A stretch of DNA of 64,000 bases. It comes from Escherichia phage 308Ecol101PP. The first letter of the stretch is position 1, and the number at the start of each line of letters is the position of its first letter. Below are positions 44,247 through 53,137 of this stretch, one piece after another. Below the pieces are notes generated by a model, which had not been told where the DNA came from, made no database searches, and saw only the letters and a program-made list of their open reading frames with translations. The stretch is from the sequence record OR062945.1. The stretch is one strand, 5' to 3'. Position numbers and translations under genes: made by a program.

Positions 44247-45203
44247 ATGATGTTAGTTATTGGTTCTCGTGCACTTCACTATCATGGTCTTATTGATTCT
44301 AACGCTATCAAAAATAGTGATTGGGACTTTATTGCAGACCAAGGTTCTTGGAATGCATTCAAAAATCAAATGATGGGTGTATATGTTCATCAAGATAACC
44401 CTGATGTCCAAGTTTTCAAATGCTTCCATAATGGACGCGAAACTCATTTTGAAGCATATATTGTTCCGGCAATCACTAATGTCCGTGAATTAGTCGGTGA
44501 ACTCACTCCTGAAGATTTCACGTCTTCTTATGACCTTTTAAAATACGCCAAGAAAAATTTGACTAAAGACCGTTTGAACGGGTTTTACTGGGCAACTCCT
44601 GAGATATGTCTTGCAATTAAGATGTCTCATCGTTTCAAGAAAAATAATCCATTCTTTTTAAAGACTATGAACCATATTCAGTATCTTCGTGGTAAAGGTG
44701 TTACACTGAACGATGAACTTACTGAAATTATGCTGAAACGCCAGAAAGAAACCTTGAACTATGCTCACCCGATTCTTGACACTTCTAAAAGTGCGTTCTT
44801 TAAAGATGACATCTATACATATGACCATGATACTATTCATGAAGCCATTGCACTAACAGACCGTCCGGCTTATACGTTTTATATGAAAGACGGTTCTGAA
44901 GTAATGACCTCACGCGAGAAGTTTGAATCACTTCCGGAAATGGTCAAATTGGCCGGTGTATATGAAGAAACATGTGTACTAGCGTTAGAACGTTCTCAGA
45001 TTCCTAATGGCTTTGAAATCCATCCTCGTGATAGTTTTATGATGGCATTAGAAAAGGTCTGTACTTCAATCACATCAGGCTGGTTCCGTGAGTATGCCTG
45101 GGAGAACTATGGCAAAGTAGTAAGTATGTATCAAAGCTTAGGACACGACGATTACGTCAAGCGTTTCAAACAAAATTTTCATATGGTAAAACCTTTCAAA
45201 TAA
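44247..45203 (+). CDS. hypothetical protein with possible nucleotidyltransferase-fold signature
   Basis: 318 aa; VIGSRALHYHGLIDSNAIKNSDWDF resembles G-S ... D-x-D. Confidence 0.4.
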   Translation: MMLVIGSRALHYHGLIDSNAIKNSDWDFIADQGSWNAFKNQMMGVYVHQDNPDVQVFKCFHNGRETHFEAYIVPAITNVRELVGELTPEDFTSSYDLLKYAKKNLTKDRLNGFYWATPEICLAIKMSHRFKKNNPFFLKTMNHIQYLRGKGVTLNDELTEIMLKRQKETLNYAHPILDTSKSAFFKDDIYTYDHDTIHEAIALTDRPAYTFYMKDGSEVMTSREKFESLPEMVKLAGVYEETCVLALERSQIPNGFEIHPRDSFMMALEKVCTSITSGWFREYAWENYGKVVSMYQSLGHDDYVKRFKQNFHMVKPFK

Positions 45204-45215
45204 TTTCACCAAACT

Positions 45216-45250
45216 GTTTACAAGGTCTGTAGTTGTTGATACTATAGACC
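45216..45250 (+). promoter_or_regulatory. early promoter with stem-loop
   Basis: GTTTACA, TACTAT, AGGTCT/AGACCT. Confidence 0.5.
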
Positions 45251-45282
45251 TATCAAAACAAATGAGTGAATGGAGATACAAA

Positions 45283-45483
45283 ATGACTACTTTGAATAAA
45301 CGTTTCGGTAAAGCTAAACCTGGCTGTGCAGCAGAACGTCGTTACATTTTCGCTCAGTTAGAAGATGTAGAGTATCAGATTAATCAAGTTCACATTACTG
45401 GCATCGAGCCTATGTGTGGCCTTGAAGCTCTTCGTGAAGTTCGTGACGGGTATCGTCGTGATATCGAAGAAATGTCAAAATAA
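45283..45483 (+). CDS. hypothetical protein
   Basis: 66 aa from ATG after TGGAGA RBS. Confidence 0.5.
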   Translation: MTTLNKRFGKAKPGCAAERRYIFAQLEDVEYQINQVHITGIEPMCGLEALREVRDGYRRDIEEMSK

Positions 45484-45521
45484 GTGTACAAACTGATAGG
45501 GCTATGTTATAGTAGTCCTAT
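45484..45521 (+). promoter_or_regulatory. early promoter with stem-loop (PeSL-type)
   Basis: GTGTACA, TGTTATAGT, ATAGGGCTA/TAGTCCTAT. Confidence 0.5.
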
Positions 45522-45541
45522 TAAAACATGAGGAGAATAAT

Positions 45542-45847
45542 ATGAAATTAACAGAAACCAACCGAATTGGTCTTTTAACAATACTTGCATCACCTTTTTA
45601 CGCAGCTCTTTCTGTTGCAGTATTACAAAAGGCTTACGATATGGATGGTGTTCCTGGTTTTGTATTCTTATCACCGTTTTTGCTATTCGTTGGAGCATTG
45701 TTATTATACGCCACGACTAGTTTCGACCATAATGTCTGGGTCAATTATAAATGTAAATTGTCTGAAGAAGAACACGCAGAAGCTCGTAAAAAAGCTATTG
45801 AATCTACCAATCTAGAAAATTTCATTAAAGAATGTCGAGGAAAATAA
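45542..45847 (+). CDS. small membrane protein with conserved C-terminal tail
   Basis: 101 aa, ends ENFIKECRGK. Confidence 0.55.
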   Translation: MKLTETNRIGLLTILASPFYAALSVAVLQKAYDMDGVPGFVFLSPFLLFVGALLLYATTSFDHNVWVNYKCKLSEEEHAEARKKAIESTNLENFIKECRGK

Positions 45848-45848
45848 T

Positions 45849-46535
45849 ATGAATAGTTCTAAAGTGTTTAATAGTCAAGCTCGTGCAGTAGGTGGTTTTG
45901 CTCATGCGATTAAAAACGACCAGATTAAAAACGAGCCTATGTTCTTTAACTGCGATTTGAATTTTGCTTTTGATAATGGCGGCCCGATTACTCGTAGCTT
46001 TATCCAAAATCTTCCTGATGATTGGAAAGACTCGGATGTAGTATTTGATTCACGAGTCCACATGCTGATGCCTGGTTGGTATCCTGCTATTCCTGGATAT
46101 CACCATGATGACGTACCACGCCCAGATATTCCAACAGGACAACATTTTATTACTGCAGGACAACCTGATTATGACAACCCTCGTTACCATTCTGAACATA
46201 TTCTTGGTCTTGTTAACGCTGATGTGTGTCCTACTCATTTTGCAACAGGAACTGCAGAGTTCAGTCAGATTCCTGATGGCGAACTTATCTATCGCCAGTG
46301 GCACAAAGAAGTCCTCGAAAAAATTGAAAAAGGTGAACTAGAGAAATGGGAAGCTCCAGATCGTACTCTTCTTCAGTTTGATTGGCAAACATGGCACACT
46401 GGTTCTCGTGCAATTAGTAATGGATGGCGTTGGTTCGGACGTGTATCTCGTAATACAGACCGAGTTAAAAAGATTACCAATGAAATTCGTGTCAACGCTC
46501 AAGTTTATCTAGAATTCCCTATGGAAGGCTGGTAA
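45849..46535 (+). CDS. hypothetical protein, possible 2OG-Fe(II) oxygenase-like
   Basis: 228 aa; YHHDD and distal WHTGSRAIS...GRVS loosely fit HxD...H...RxS. Confidence 0.3.
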   Translation: MNSSKVFNSQARAVGGFAHAIKNDQIKNEPMFFNCDLNFAFDNGGPITRSFIQNLPDDWKDSDVVFDSRVHMLMPGWYPAIPGYHHDDVPRPDIPTGQHFITAGQPDYDNPRYHSEHILGLVNADVCPTHFATGTAEFSQIPDGELIYRQWHKEVLEKIEKGELEKWEAPDRTLLQFDWQTWHTGSRAISNGWRWFGRVSRNTDRVKKITNEIRVNAQVYLEFPMEGW

Positions 46536-47026
46536 TGATTAACAAAACATATTGGTCTAATATAGACGATGACAACGAAGGTATTTCATACTATTCAGTA
46601 GATTGGACGGGATGTCCATCCTACTTAGTGAAACATATTTGCCAAGAATTTAAAATCGACCAGCCAGCAGGTATTATTGTGAACAGATACATTAATGGAT
46701 ATCAACCTATCGATGAAGTAATACGAACAACTCAAGCTGATCTTGAAAAGTTTTTCAATAAGTGCCAATGGATAACAGGATGGATTATATTTGTACCGTC
46801 GGTATGGTTTTTTAGTACTAAAGTAAGTGCCTTTGCTGTACTAGATATTATCGCTATCTTATTAGCATCTACTATTGTAAGTATTATTGGTGGTATTATT
46901 GGTGGAGGTACTGTAGGCATCATTATTAATCTTGTTAAAAGTAGTTTACAGGAACGTAAAGACAAGATAAAGGCCAAGAATAATGAAGTTGAACGTTTTA
47001 TTACCGAATGCAGGAATTTGAGATGA
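46535..47026 (+). CDS. membrane protein with conserved C-terminal tail
   Basis: 163 aa, Gly/Ile-rich TM segment, ends ERFITECRNLR. Confidence 0.55.
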   Translation: MINKTYWSNIDDDNEGISYYSVDWTGCPSYLVKHICQEFKIDQPAGIIVNRYINGYQPIDEVIRTTQADLEKFFNKCQWITGWIIFVPSVWFFSTKVSAFAVLDIIAILLASTIVSIIGGIIGGGTVGIIINLVKSSLQERKDKIKAKNNEVERFITECRNLR

Positions 47027-47259
47027 GTATAGCAATTTACATTAAATCAGAATCATGTGATAGTTATCTGTACACATACGATAAAGACGTGTCAGAAGAA
47101 AAAATCAAAGACGATCTTAATATGGACCTTGATATGTTCTGTCCTATTGCAGATTACAAACTTGCGGTCTCTAATAGTGAAAGTCCATCTAAAGAAACGC
47201 GCATTGAAGAATTTATGTCCGAATTAATGGCTAAATCATGGGACCGAGATGATGAGTAA
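47023..47259 (+). CDS. hypothetical protein
   Basis: 78 aa; ATGA-coupled start. Confidence 0.5.
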   Translation: MSIAIYIKSESCDSYLYTYDKDVSEEKIKDDLNMDLDMFCPIADYKLAVSNSESPSKETRIEEFMSELMAKSWDRDDE

Positions 47260-47707
47260 GAAAAATAAAGTGAAAGAACTATCAGCCGGTATTATTTTCC
47301 TTACCGAAGATAAAGAATTATTCATGGGGCGTGTAACTGGTTCTCGTCCTAAAGGTTCTTTAGCTCATCGGTGGGATATTCCTAAAGGTCGTGTCGAGCC
47401 CGGTGAATCTCCTATCGAAGCCGCTATTCGTGAATGCGAAGAAGAAACTGGGTTTACACAATATGACCCTGCCTTCCTGAAAGACCTAGGTGAACATCAT
47501 TACTCAGACAATAAGAATATTCATCTGTTCCTATATACCATCCCTGTAGAGCACGAGCAATTCAGAAACAGTGTTTGTAATTCCTATCATACGTTCCCAG
47601 ACGGACGACAGATTCCTGAATTTGATGCATTCGCTTTAATTAAACCTTCTCAGTGGGAATATGTAATGGGCAAATCATTATATAAGGTGCTCACTACCAT
47701 CCTATAA
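47249..47707 (+). CDS. nudE: Nudix hydrolase
   Basis: 152 aa; Nudix box GRVEPGESPIEAAIRECEEETGF; adjacent to e as T4 e.1. Confidence 0.9.
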   Translation: MMSKKNKVKELSAGIIFLTEDKELFMGRVTGSRPKGSLAHRWDIPKGRVEPGESPIEAAIRECEEETGFTQYDPAFLKDLGEHHYSDNKNIHLFLYTIPVEHEQFRNSVCNSYHTFPDGRQIPEFDAFALIKPSQWEYVMGKSLYKVLTTIL

Positions 47708-47741
47708 GTAATAAATACCTCCTATAAACGTGGGAGGTATT

Positions 47742-48230
47742 ATGAATATATTTGAAATGCTTCGTAATGACGAAGGTCTTAGACTGACTTTATACAAAGA
47801 CACTGAAGGCTTTTGGACAATTGGCATAGGTCATTTAGTAACAAAGAACCCGTCTTTAGCTGTAGCTAAAGCTGAACTTGACAGAATGATCGGGCGTAAA
47901 TGCAACGGTACAATTACCCTTGATGAGGCTGAAAAGTTATTTAATGAAGACGTTGATAAAGCTGTTCGCGGAATCTTGGGTAATGTTAAACTTAAACCGG
48001 TATATGATTCTTTAGATGCGGTTCGTCGATGTGCATTGGTCAATATGGTCTTCCAAATGGGTGTAGCAGGCGTCGCTGGTTTTACTAATTCTCTTCGTAT
48101 GCTTCAACAGAAACGTTGGGATGAAGCGGCAGTAAATCTAGCACAATCTAAATGGTATCGTCAGACACCTAATCGCGCGAAACGCGTAATCTCAACATTT
48201 AAAACAGGAACTTGGAAAGCGTATATATGA
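47742..48230 (+). CDS. e: lysozyme (endolysin)
   Basis: 162 aa [31 protein letters not shown]..., near-identical to T4 lysozyme; GGGAGG RBS. Confidence 0.96.
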   Translation: MNIFEMLRNDEGLRLTLYKDTEGFWTIGIGHLVTKNPSLAVAKAELDRMIGRKCNGTITLDEAEKLFNEDVDKAVRGILGNVKLKPVYDSLDAVRRCALVNMVFQMGVAGVAGFTNSLRMLQQKRWDEAAVNLAQSKWYRQTPNRAKRVISTFKTGTWKAYI

Positions 48231-48508
48231 AAACATATAGTGAATTTTTATCAGAATCTATTCTTAACGAAGCTACTGACACATTTGCAACTAAGCTAGG
48301 TGCAGCTTTGGTTGAAGCTGAAAGTCTATTAGCACGTATTTCTGAACTTGCTAGTAAGATAGATACTCGCAAATTTGAGCGCACCAGTGATATCGTTAAG
48401 CTTGAAGCCTTGTTGCGTATGTGCGATAAACCGGAAGAAATCGCTAAGAACGGCTCGCTGATGAAACAACGTCTTGAAAAATATATTTCAGGCGCTTCAG
48501 AAAAATAG
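48227..48508 (+). CDS. internal-protein-like protein with capsid-targeting N-terminus
   Basis: 93 aa starting [10 protein letters not shown]; ATGA overlap with lysozyme stop. Confidence 0.55.
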   Translation: MKTYSEFLSESILNEATDTFATKLGAALVEAESLLARISELASKIDTRKFERTSDIVKLEALLRMCDKPEEIAKNGSLMKQRLEKYISGASEK

Positions 48509-48509
48509 T

Positions 48510-48545
48510 GTTTACTTCCTCCAAGGGTTTTGATACTATACATTC
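48510..48545 (+). promoter_or_regulatory. early promoter for denV
   Basis: GTTTACTTCCTCC...TGATACTATA. Confidence 0.5.
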
Positions 48546-48566
48546 ATCAACTACTTGGAGGAAATT

Positions 48567-48980
48567 ATGACTCGTATCAATTTAACACTTGTTTCTGAAC
48601 TGACCGACCAACATCTTATGGCTGAGTATCGTGAATTACCACGCGTATTTGGTGCAGTCCGTAAACATGTTCAAAACGGTAAACGTGTAAAGGATTTTAA
48701 AATCTCTCCAACATTTATCTTAGGCACAGGTCACGTAACATTCTTTTACGACAAACTCGAATTTTTACGTTTACGTCAAATCGAGCTAATCGCCGAATGC
48801 TTGAAACGTGGTTTCAAAATCAAGGACACATCTGTCCAAGATATTTCCGACATCCCTGCCGAATTTCGTAATAATTATGTCCCGTCCGAAGCGTCCATTG
48901 CGATAAGTCAAGCACGCTTAGATGAAAAAATTGCTCAGCGCCCGACTTGGTACAAATACTATGGTAAATCAATTTACTAA
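48567..48980 (+). CDS. denV: endonuclease V (pyrimidine dimer DNA glycosylase)
   Basis: 137 aa [31 protein letters not shown]..., near-identical to T4 endo V. Confidence 0.95.
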   Translation: MTRINLTLVSELTDQHLMAEYRELPRVFGAVRKHVQNGKRVKDFKISPTFILGTGHVTFFYDKLEFLRLRQIELIAECLKRGFKIKDTSVQDISDIPAEFRNNYVPSEASIAISQARLDEKIAQRPTWYKYYGKSIY

Positions 48981-48986
48981 GGAAAA

Positions 48987-49247
48987 ATGAAAATGTATCA
49001 AGAATTTATCGCTGAAGCAGATGCCAAAGGTCCTAAATTTAAAGTTAAAGCTTTCATTGGTGATGCGGAAGACTTTGGCTCATTAAAACGTAATGGGTAT
49101 TCTTTCTTAGGTGGCGATGGTAAAGAAATCAACACCTATGCAAAACGTAGTGAAATTGCTTATGTTGTAGCAAGCCCTAAAGTAGATGTTGACGATATTG
49201 GATACGATTTTAACAACTTTGGAATTATTTCTGGCGGTAAAGCTTAA
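48987..49247 (+). CDS. internal-protein-like protein with capsid-targeting N-terminus
   Basis: 86 aa starting MKMYQEFIAE. Confidence 0.6.
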   Translation: MKMYQEFIAEADAKGPKFKVKAFIGDAEDFGSLKRNGYSFLGGDGKEINTYAKRSEIAYVVASPKVDVDDIGYDFNNFGIISGGKA

Positions 49248-49250
49248 ATT

Positions 49251-49280
49251 GTTTACGCTTAAGTATTAATATGGTATAAT
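49251..49280 (+). promoter_or_regulatory. early promoter
   Basis: GTTTAC, 18-nt spacer, TATAAT. Confidence 0.5.
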
Positions 49281-49310
49281 TACTCTATCAAAACAAATAA
49301 GGAAACAAAA

Positions 49311-49640
49311 ATGAAAACGTATCAAGAGTTTATCACTGAAGTTACATTATCTGCGGAACAGAAAGCTGCTATCGAAGAAGGTAAAAATCCCAAAGTAACA
49401 TATAAAGTAAATGGTAAAGGCGTTTTTGATGGCTTGGTTCAAGACCCTGAATTGAAAAAAGCTCTTTCTAAAACTAATGCGTACTTTGCTCCTAAATTTA
49501 ACGCAGCCGGTGTACTTATTGGATTGGATGTATTCAACTCTAAAGGTGTTCTATCTAATGCCTTTGGTTATGCCGCTAACAAAATTACCAAAGCCGAATG
49601 GGAATCCAATACCAAACAAGCTCAAAAGCCTAGAGTATAA
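49311..49640 (+). CDS. internal-protein-like protein with capsid-targeting N-terminus
   Basis: 109 aa starting MKTYQEFITE. Confidence 0.6.
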   Translation: MKTYQEFITEVTLSAEQKAAIEEGKNPKVTYKVNGKGVFDGLVQDPELKKALSKTNAYFAPKFNAAGVLIGLDVFNSKGVLSNAFGYAANKITKAEWESNTKQAQKPRV

Positions 49641-49812
49641 TTCTTGCCTAATAAAGGGAAACGCAACCTCTCCTTATGAACGTCGAGTCCTCTAAGTGAT
49701 GTACCTTTTCCAACCTGTAATAAGGTCGAGCGCAATGCGGTAATGGGTTTACATAGCGAGTCGAAGGACCTAACATGTGCCACGGAACGGCCCAAACCTT
49801 AAGAGAAATAAT

Positions 49813-50352
49813 ATGAGAACATTTTTAACTGGACCTTATCTATCCCTGATGAATGCTTTTACACACCATTCTGATGCTAGAGTAGAAGAAATTTGTAAGA
49901 ACGGTTATGTCCCACCATTTGAAGACGTACTCAAGCAGTACTGTACACTTCGTTTAGACGGTGGTAGACAATCAGGTAAATCGACCGCAGTAACTAATTT
50001 TGCTGTTAATTGGCTGTATGACGGTGGAACAGTTATTGTTCTTTCTAATACTTCAGCTTACGCTAAAATTTCTGCTGGCAACATTGAAAAAGAATTTTCT
50101 CGTTATTCTAGCGACGATATTCGATTCCGTTTATTTACTGATTCTGTCCGTAGTTTTATTGGCAATGAAGGTTCTAAATTCCGTGGATTAACGCTTTCTC
50201 GTATTCTGTATATAATTGACGAGCCTATTAAAGCTCCTGATATGGATAAGATTTACAACATACATATTAAAACAGTCCAACACTGTTGCAAAAGCAAATA
50301 TTGCATCAGTGGTATTGCTCGTCCTCAATTTTTTGTGATTGGAATGCAATGA
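49813..50352 (+). CDS. small P-loop NTPase
   Basis: 179 aa; Walker A GGRQSGKST and Walker B-like LYIIDE. Confidence 0.5.
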   Translation: MRTFLTGPYLSLMNAFTHHSDARVEEICKNGYVPPFEDVLKQYCTLRLDGGRQSGKSTAVTNFAVNWLYDGGTVIVLSNTSAYAKISAGNIEKEFSRYSSDDIRFRLFTDSVRSFIGNEGSKFRGLTLSRILYIIDEPIKAPDMDKIYNIHIKTVQHCCKSKYCISGIARPQFFVIGMQ

Positions 50353-50657
50353 TGACCACTATTGAAGTTTTTGAGTATTGTTATAACAGCCCAGTATGCA
50401 ATAAAAGGGCTCTTGTAGAAAATTACGAGATTTACCATTTTAAACCTAAACGATATCGTTTGACTAAAGGTCCGTTCGCAGGGCAGCAGGTTCTTTGTAC
50501 TGCTCCTAATGCACGGTTGATGACTAGTATTCCGCATTTCAAAATGGAATTTATTGATGGGCCATTTAAGGGATTAATCACTCAAAGTTTAATGGCGTTT
50601 AATTCCGACCCATTTTTGATTAAAGAAAAATCTTGGATAAATTTATTTTCTAATTGA
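50349..50657 (+). CDS. hypothetical protein
   Basis: 102 aa; ATGATG coupling to upstream stop. Confidence 0.5.
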   Translation: MMTTIEVFEYCYNSPVCNKRALVENYEIYHFKPKRYRLTKGPFAGQQVLCTAPNARLMTSIPHFKMEFIDGPFKGLITQSLMAFNSDPFLIKEKSWINLFSN

Positions 50658-50663
50658 GGTTAT

Positions 50664-51026
50664 ATGAAAGCATATCAAATTCTTGAAGGCACACACAAAG
50701 GCACTATTTATTTTGAAGACGGTACTCAAGCCCGGATTATTGTCTCTAAGACTTTTAAAGAAGACGCTATTGTAGACCCGGAAATTTTCTACGGTTTGAA
50801 TGCCCGTGAAATTGAAATTGAACATCAACCTAAAGTTAAAATTGAAGGTGGTCAACACCTGAACGTTAACGTTCTGCGTCGTGAAACTCTGGAAGATGCA
50901 GTTAAGCATCCGGAAAAATATCCGCAGCTGACCATCCGTGTATCTGGTTATGCAGTTCGCTTTAACTCTCTTACTCCAGAACAGCAGCGCGACGTTATCG
51001 CTCGTACCTTTACTGAGAGTCTATAA
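50664..51026 (+). CDS. grcA: autonomous glycyl radical cofactor (GrcA/YfiD-like)
   Basis: 120 aa; C-terminal half ...[59 protein letters not shown] carries the RVSGY glycyl-radical motif. Confidence 0.9.
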   Translation: MKAYQILEGTHKGTIYFEDGTQARIIVSKTFKEDAIVDPEIFYGLNAREIEIEHQPKVKIEGGQHLNVNVLRRETLEDAVKHPEKYPQLTIRVSGYAVRFNSLTPEQQRDVIARTFTESL

Positions 51027-51229
51027 TGGCTAAATTGATTATAGAAGGGACTGAAGATGTTTTAAAATGTTTTGCCGCCTGGTTTAGTTGCTCAGGCGAG
51101 CAATCATTCATTGAAGCATTTAGAATGGGTGATATTACTGGAAAATATCCGTCAACCGATATCACTGTACGCGGATATGGTATTAATGAGCCTATCCAAT
51201 TGGTCGAATATGACCCTTGCCACCGATGA
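51026..51229 (+). CDS. hypothetical protein
   Basis: 67-aa ORF, TAATG coupling. Confidence 0.45.
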   Translation: MAKLIIEGTEDVLKCFAAWFSCSGEQSFIEAFRMGDITGKYPSTDITVRGYGINEPIQLVEYDPCHR

Positions 51230-51240
51230 GGAAATTCCTT

Positions 51241-51507
51241 ATGTCGATTGAAGACATCAAAGGCTACAAGCCACATACCAATGATAAAATCAGTAAAGTG
51301 AACGCTATTAAAGACGCAGAAGTCCGTCTTGGATTGATGTTTGATGCTCTGATTGAAGAAGCATATATCTTGAAAGAAAATGAATCAGAGCAACAAACCA
51401 AAGAAGATATGGATGCAGTGCAGGCTCTTAAGTATGCTAAGCAACATCTAAAAGAAGCCAGCATGTGGGCATGTCGTGCAGTATTTCGACCTGAGGAAAA
51501 ATACTAA
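51241..51507 (+). CDS. hypothetical protein
   Basis: 88 aa from ATG after GAGGAAA RBS. Confidence 0.5.
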   Translation: MSIEDIKGYKPHTNDKISKVNAIKDAEVRLGLMFDALIEEAYILKENESEQQTKEDMDAVQALKYAKQHLKEASMWACRAVFRPEEKY

Positions 51508-51722
51508 TGGCTTCTACTATTACTGGGTTATTGGACTTTCAAGAAAAGGTCAACAAAATTTGTAGTGAATACTTAAAGTATCTTGAAGAAGACCTTGAAG
51601 ATTGTAAGGAAGAAGGCGAAGAAGACTATGCTGACCAGCGTCGTCGCCAAATCGAAGAGATGAGGCATTTCGCCGATATGGTATCTAAAGAATCTTGGGC
51701 TTTAACTCCATTTTATCAATAA
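51507..51722 (+). CDS. hypothetical acidic protein
   Basis: 71-aa ORF, TAATG coupling. Confidence 0.5.
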   Translation: MASTITGLLDFQEKVNKICSEYLKYLEEDLEDCKEEGEEDYADQRRRQIEEMRHFADMVSKESWALTPFYQ

Positions 51723-51726
51723 AGTA

Positions 51727-51772
51727 GTTTACTTCTCCTCTAGTTGTGTTACTATAGACCTGTCAACTAGAG
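51727..51772 (+). promoter_or_regulatory. early promoter with stem-loop (PeSL-type)
   Basis: GTTTACTTCTCCTC, TGTTACTATAG, CTAGTTG/CAACTAG. Confidence 0.5.
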
Positions 51773-51783
51773 GAGAAATCAAA

Positions 51784-52242
51784 ATGACTATCAATTCAGA
51801 CGTTTTTATCCGCCGCAATAAACTCCGTCGAATCTTTGAAACGGAGTTCCGCAAAATAAATGCCGGTATAAAAGATGCTGCAAAGTCTCTTGGACTACCA
51901 GGCTTTCATATCAAGTATTCTCAACATCTCTTAGATCGTGCCATCCAGAGAGAAATAGATGAGAACTACGTTTTTGAATTATTTCGTAAAGTAAAAAATC
52001 ATGTTAAAGAAGTTGCAGAATTTTTATCAATGCCGGCACGTCCAGATGTTGATGAAGATTTTGTCGAAGGTGTCGAATACCGTCCAGGCCGTTTAGAAAT
52101 AACTGACGGAAATCTTTGGTTAGGACTTACAGTTTGTCGCGAAAATCCAGCATTCAAAATGAAGACTCTTCAATGCAGAATGGCTATTATTAACAGTAAA
52201 CGACTACCAGGAAAAGCTTCTAAAGCAGTGATTAAAATCTAG
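51784..52242 (+). CDS. regB: endoribonuclease RegB
   Basis: 152 aa; size, position near tk/denV and recalled similarity to T4 RegB. Confidence 0.7.
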   Translation: MTINSDVFIRRNKLRRIFETEFRKINAGIKDAAKSLGLPGFHIKYSQHLLDRAIQREIDENYVFELFRKVKNHVKEVAEFLSMPARPDVDEDFVEGVEYRPGRLEITDGNLWLGLTVCRENPAFKMKTLQCRMAIINSKRLPGKASKAVIKI

Positions 52243-52250
52243 AGGTAAAC

Positions 52251-52793
52251 ATGAGAAAAGCACTACTCGCTGGTCTATTTGCTCTTTCATTATCAGCACA
52301 TAGCTCCGAGCATACTTTTAGTAATGTCCAACTCGATAACTTGAATTATGCTTATCAGTTTGGGGAACAGTTTTCTAAGGACGGAAAATTTAAAACGCAT
52401 GAAAATATGCATAAGAAAGGACTTGGATACATAATGGCCGCAATACTATGGCAGGAATCATCTGCCGGTATTAATCTTAAAGATAAGAAAGGTCACCATG
52501 CGTATGGAATGTTCCAAAATTATCTACCAACAATGAGGGCAAGAATTAACCAGCTTGGTTATAATATGACTGATGCCCAAATTAAGAAAATGCTATCTAA
52601 GCGGTCTAATTCAGCCAGATGGGCTTATATCGAATTTTCTTATTGGTTAAATATACATAATGGGGATATAAGAAAAGCTATATCCTCATATAATGCGGGA
52701 TGGAAGACAAGTGCTGGAAGTAAATATGCTTCTGAAGTCCTAGAAAAGGCTAATTACCTTAAATCAAACAAACTACTGGAAATAAAAGAATGA
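52251..52793 (+). CDS. exported lytic transglycosylase-like protein (SLT/GH23 motifs)
   Basis: 180 aa; signal peptide MRKALLAGLFALSLSAHS; WQESS, AYGMFQ and YNAG motifs. Confidence 0.55.
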   Translation: MRKALLAGLFALSLSAHSSEHTFSNVQLDNLNYAYQFGEQFSKDGKFKTHENMHKKGLGYIMAAILWQESSAGINLKDKKGHHAYGMFQNYLPTMRARINQLGYNMTDAQIKKMLSKRSNSARWAYIEFSYWLNIHNGDIRKAISSYNAGWKTSAGSKYASEVLEKANYLKSNKLLEIKE

Positions 52794-53137
52794 CCAAAAT
52801 GTTGGCTTTAATAGTTGGCTTGGTTTCATTTAACGCTCTTGCTAATACTACATATACTGATGTAACGGAGTATACAAACAGAACAGCGTCTGATTATTGT
52901 GGTAAAAGTCAAGAGTGTAAAGTAGATTTTTCACAAAAATTGTTATATGCGTATAAAGACGGAGAAAAAGATGGGGCGTCTAGTAGGTTCAAGGCGTCTA
53001 CCTTAATTAAAAGATACTATAAAAAATGGCAAATATTAGAATGCTCGGTGGCGGAACCTAAAGATAAGGCAGCATGCAATTCTATGGTGGACCGTCTAGT
53101 TGACTCTTATACTAGAGGACTTGCAGCAAGTGATTAA
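52790..53137 (+). CDS. exported Cys-containing small protein
   Basis: 115 aa; signal peptide MTKMLALIVGLVSFNALA; four Cys. Confidence 0.5.
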   Translation: MTKMLALIVGLVSFNALANTTYTDVTEYTNRTASDYCGKSQECKVDFSQKLLYAYKDGEKDGASSRFKASTLIKRYYKKWQILECSVAEPKDKAACNSMVDRLVDSYTRGLAASD

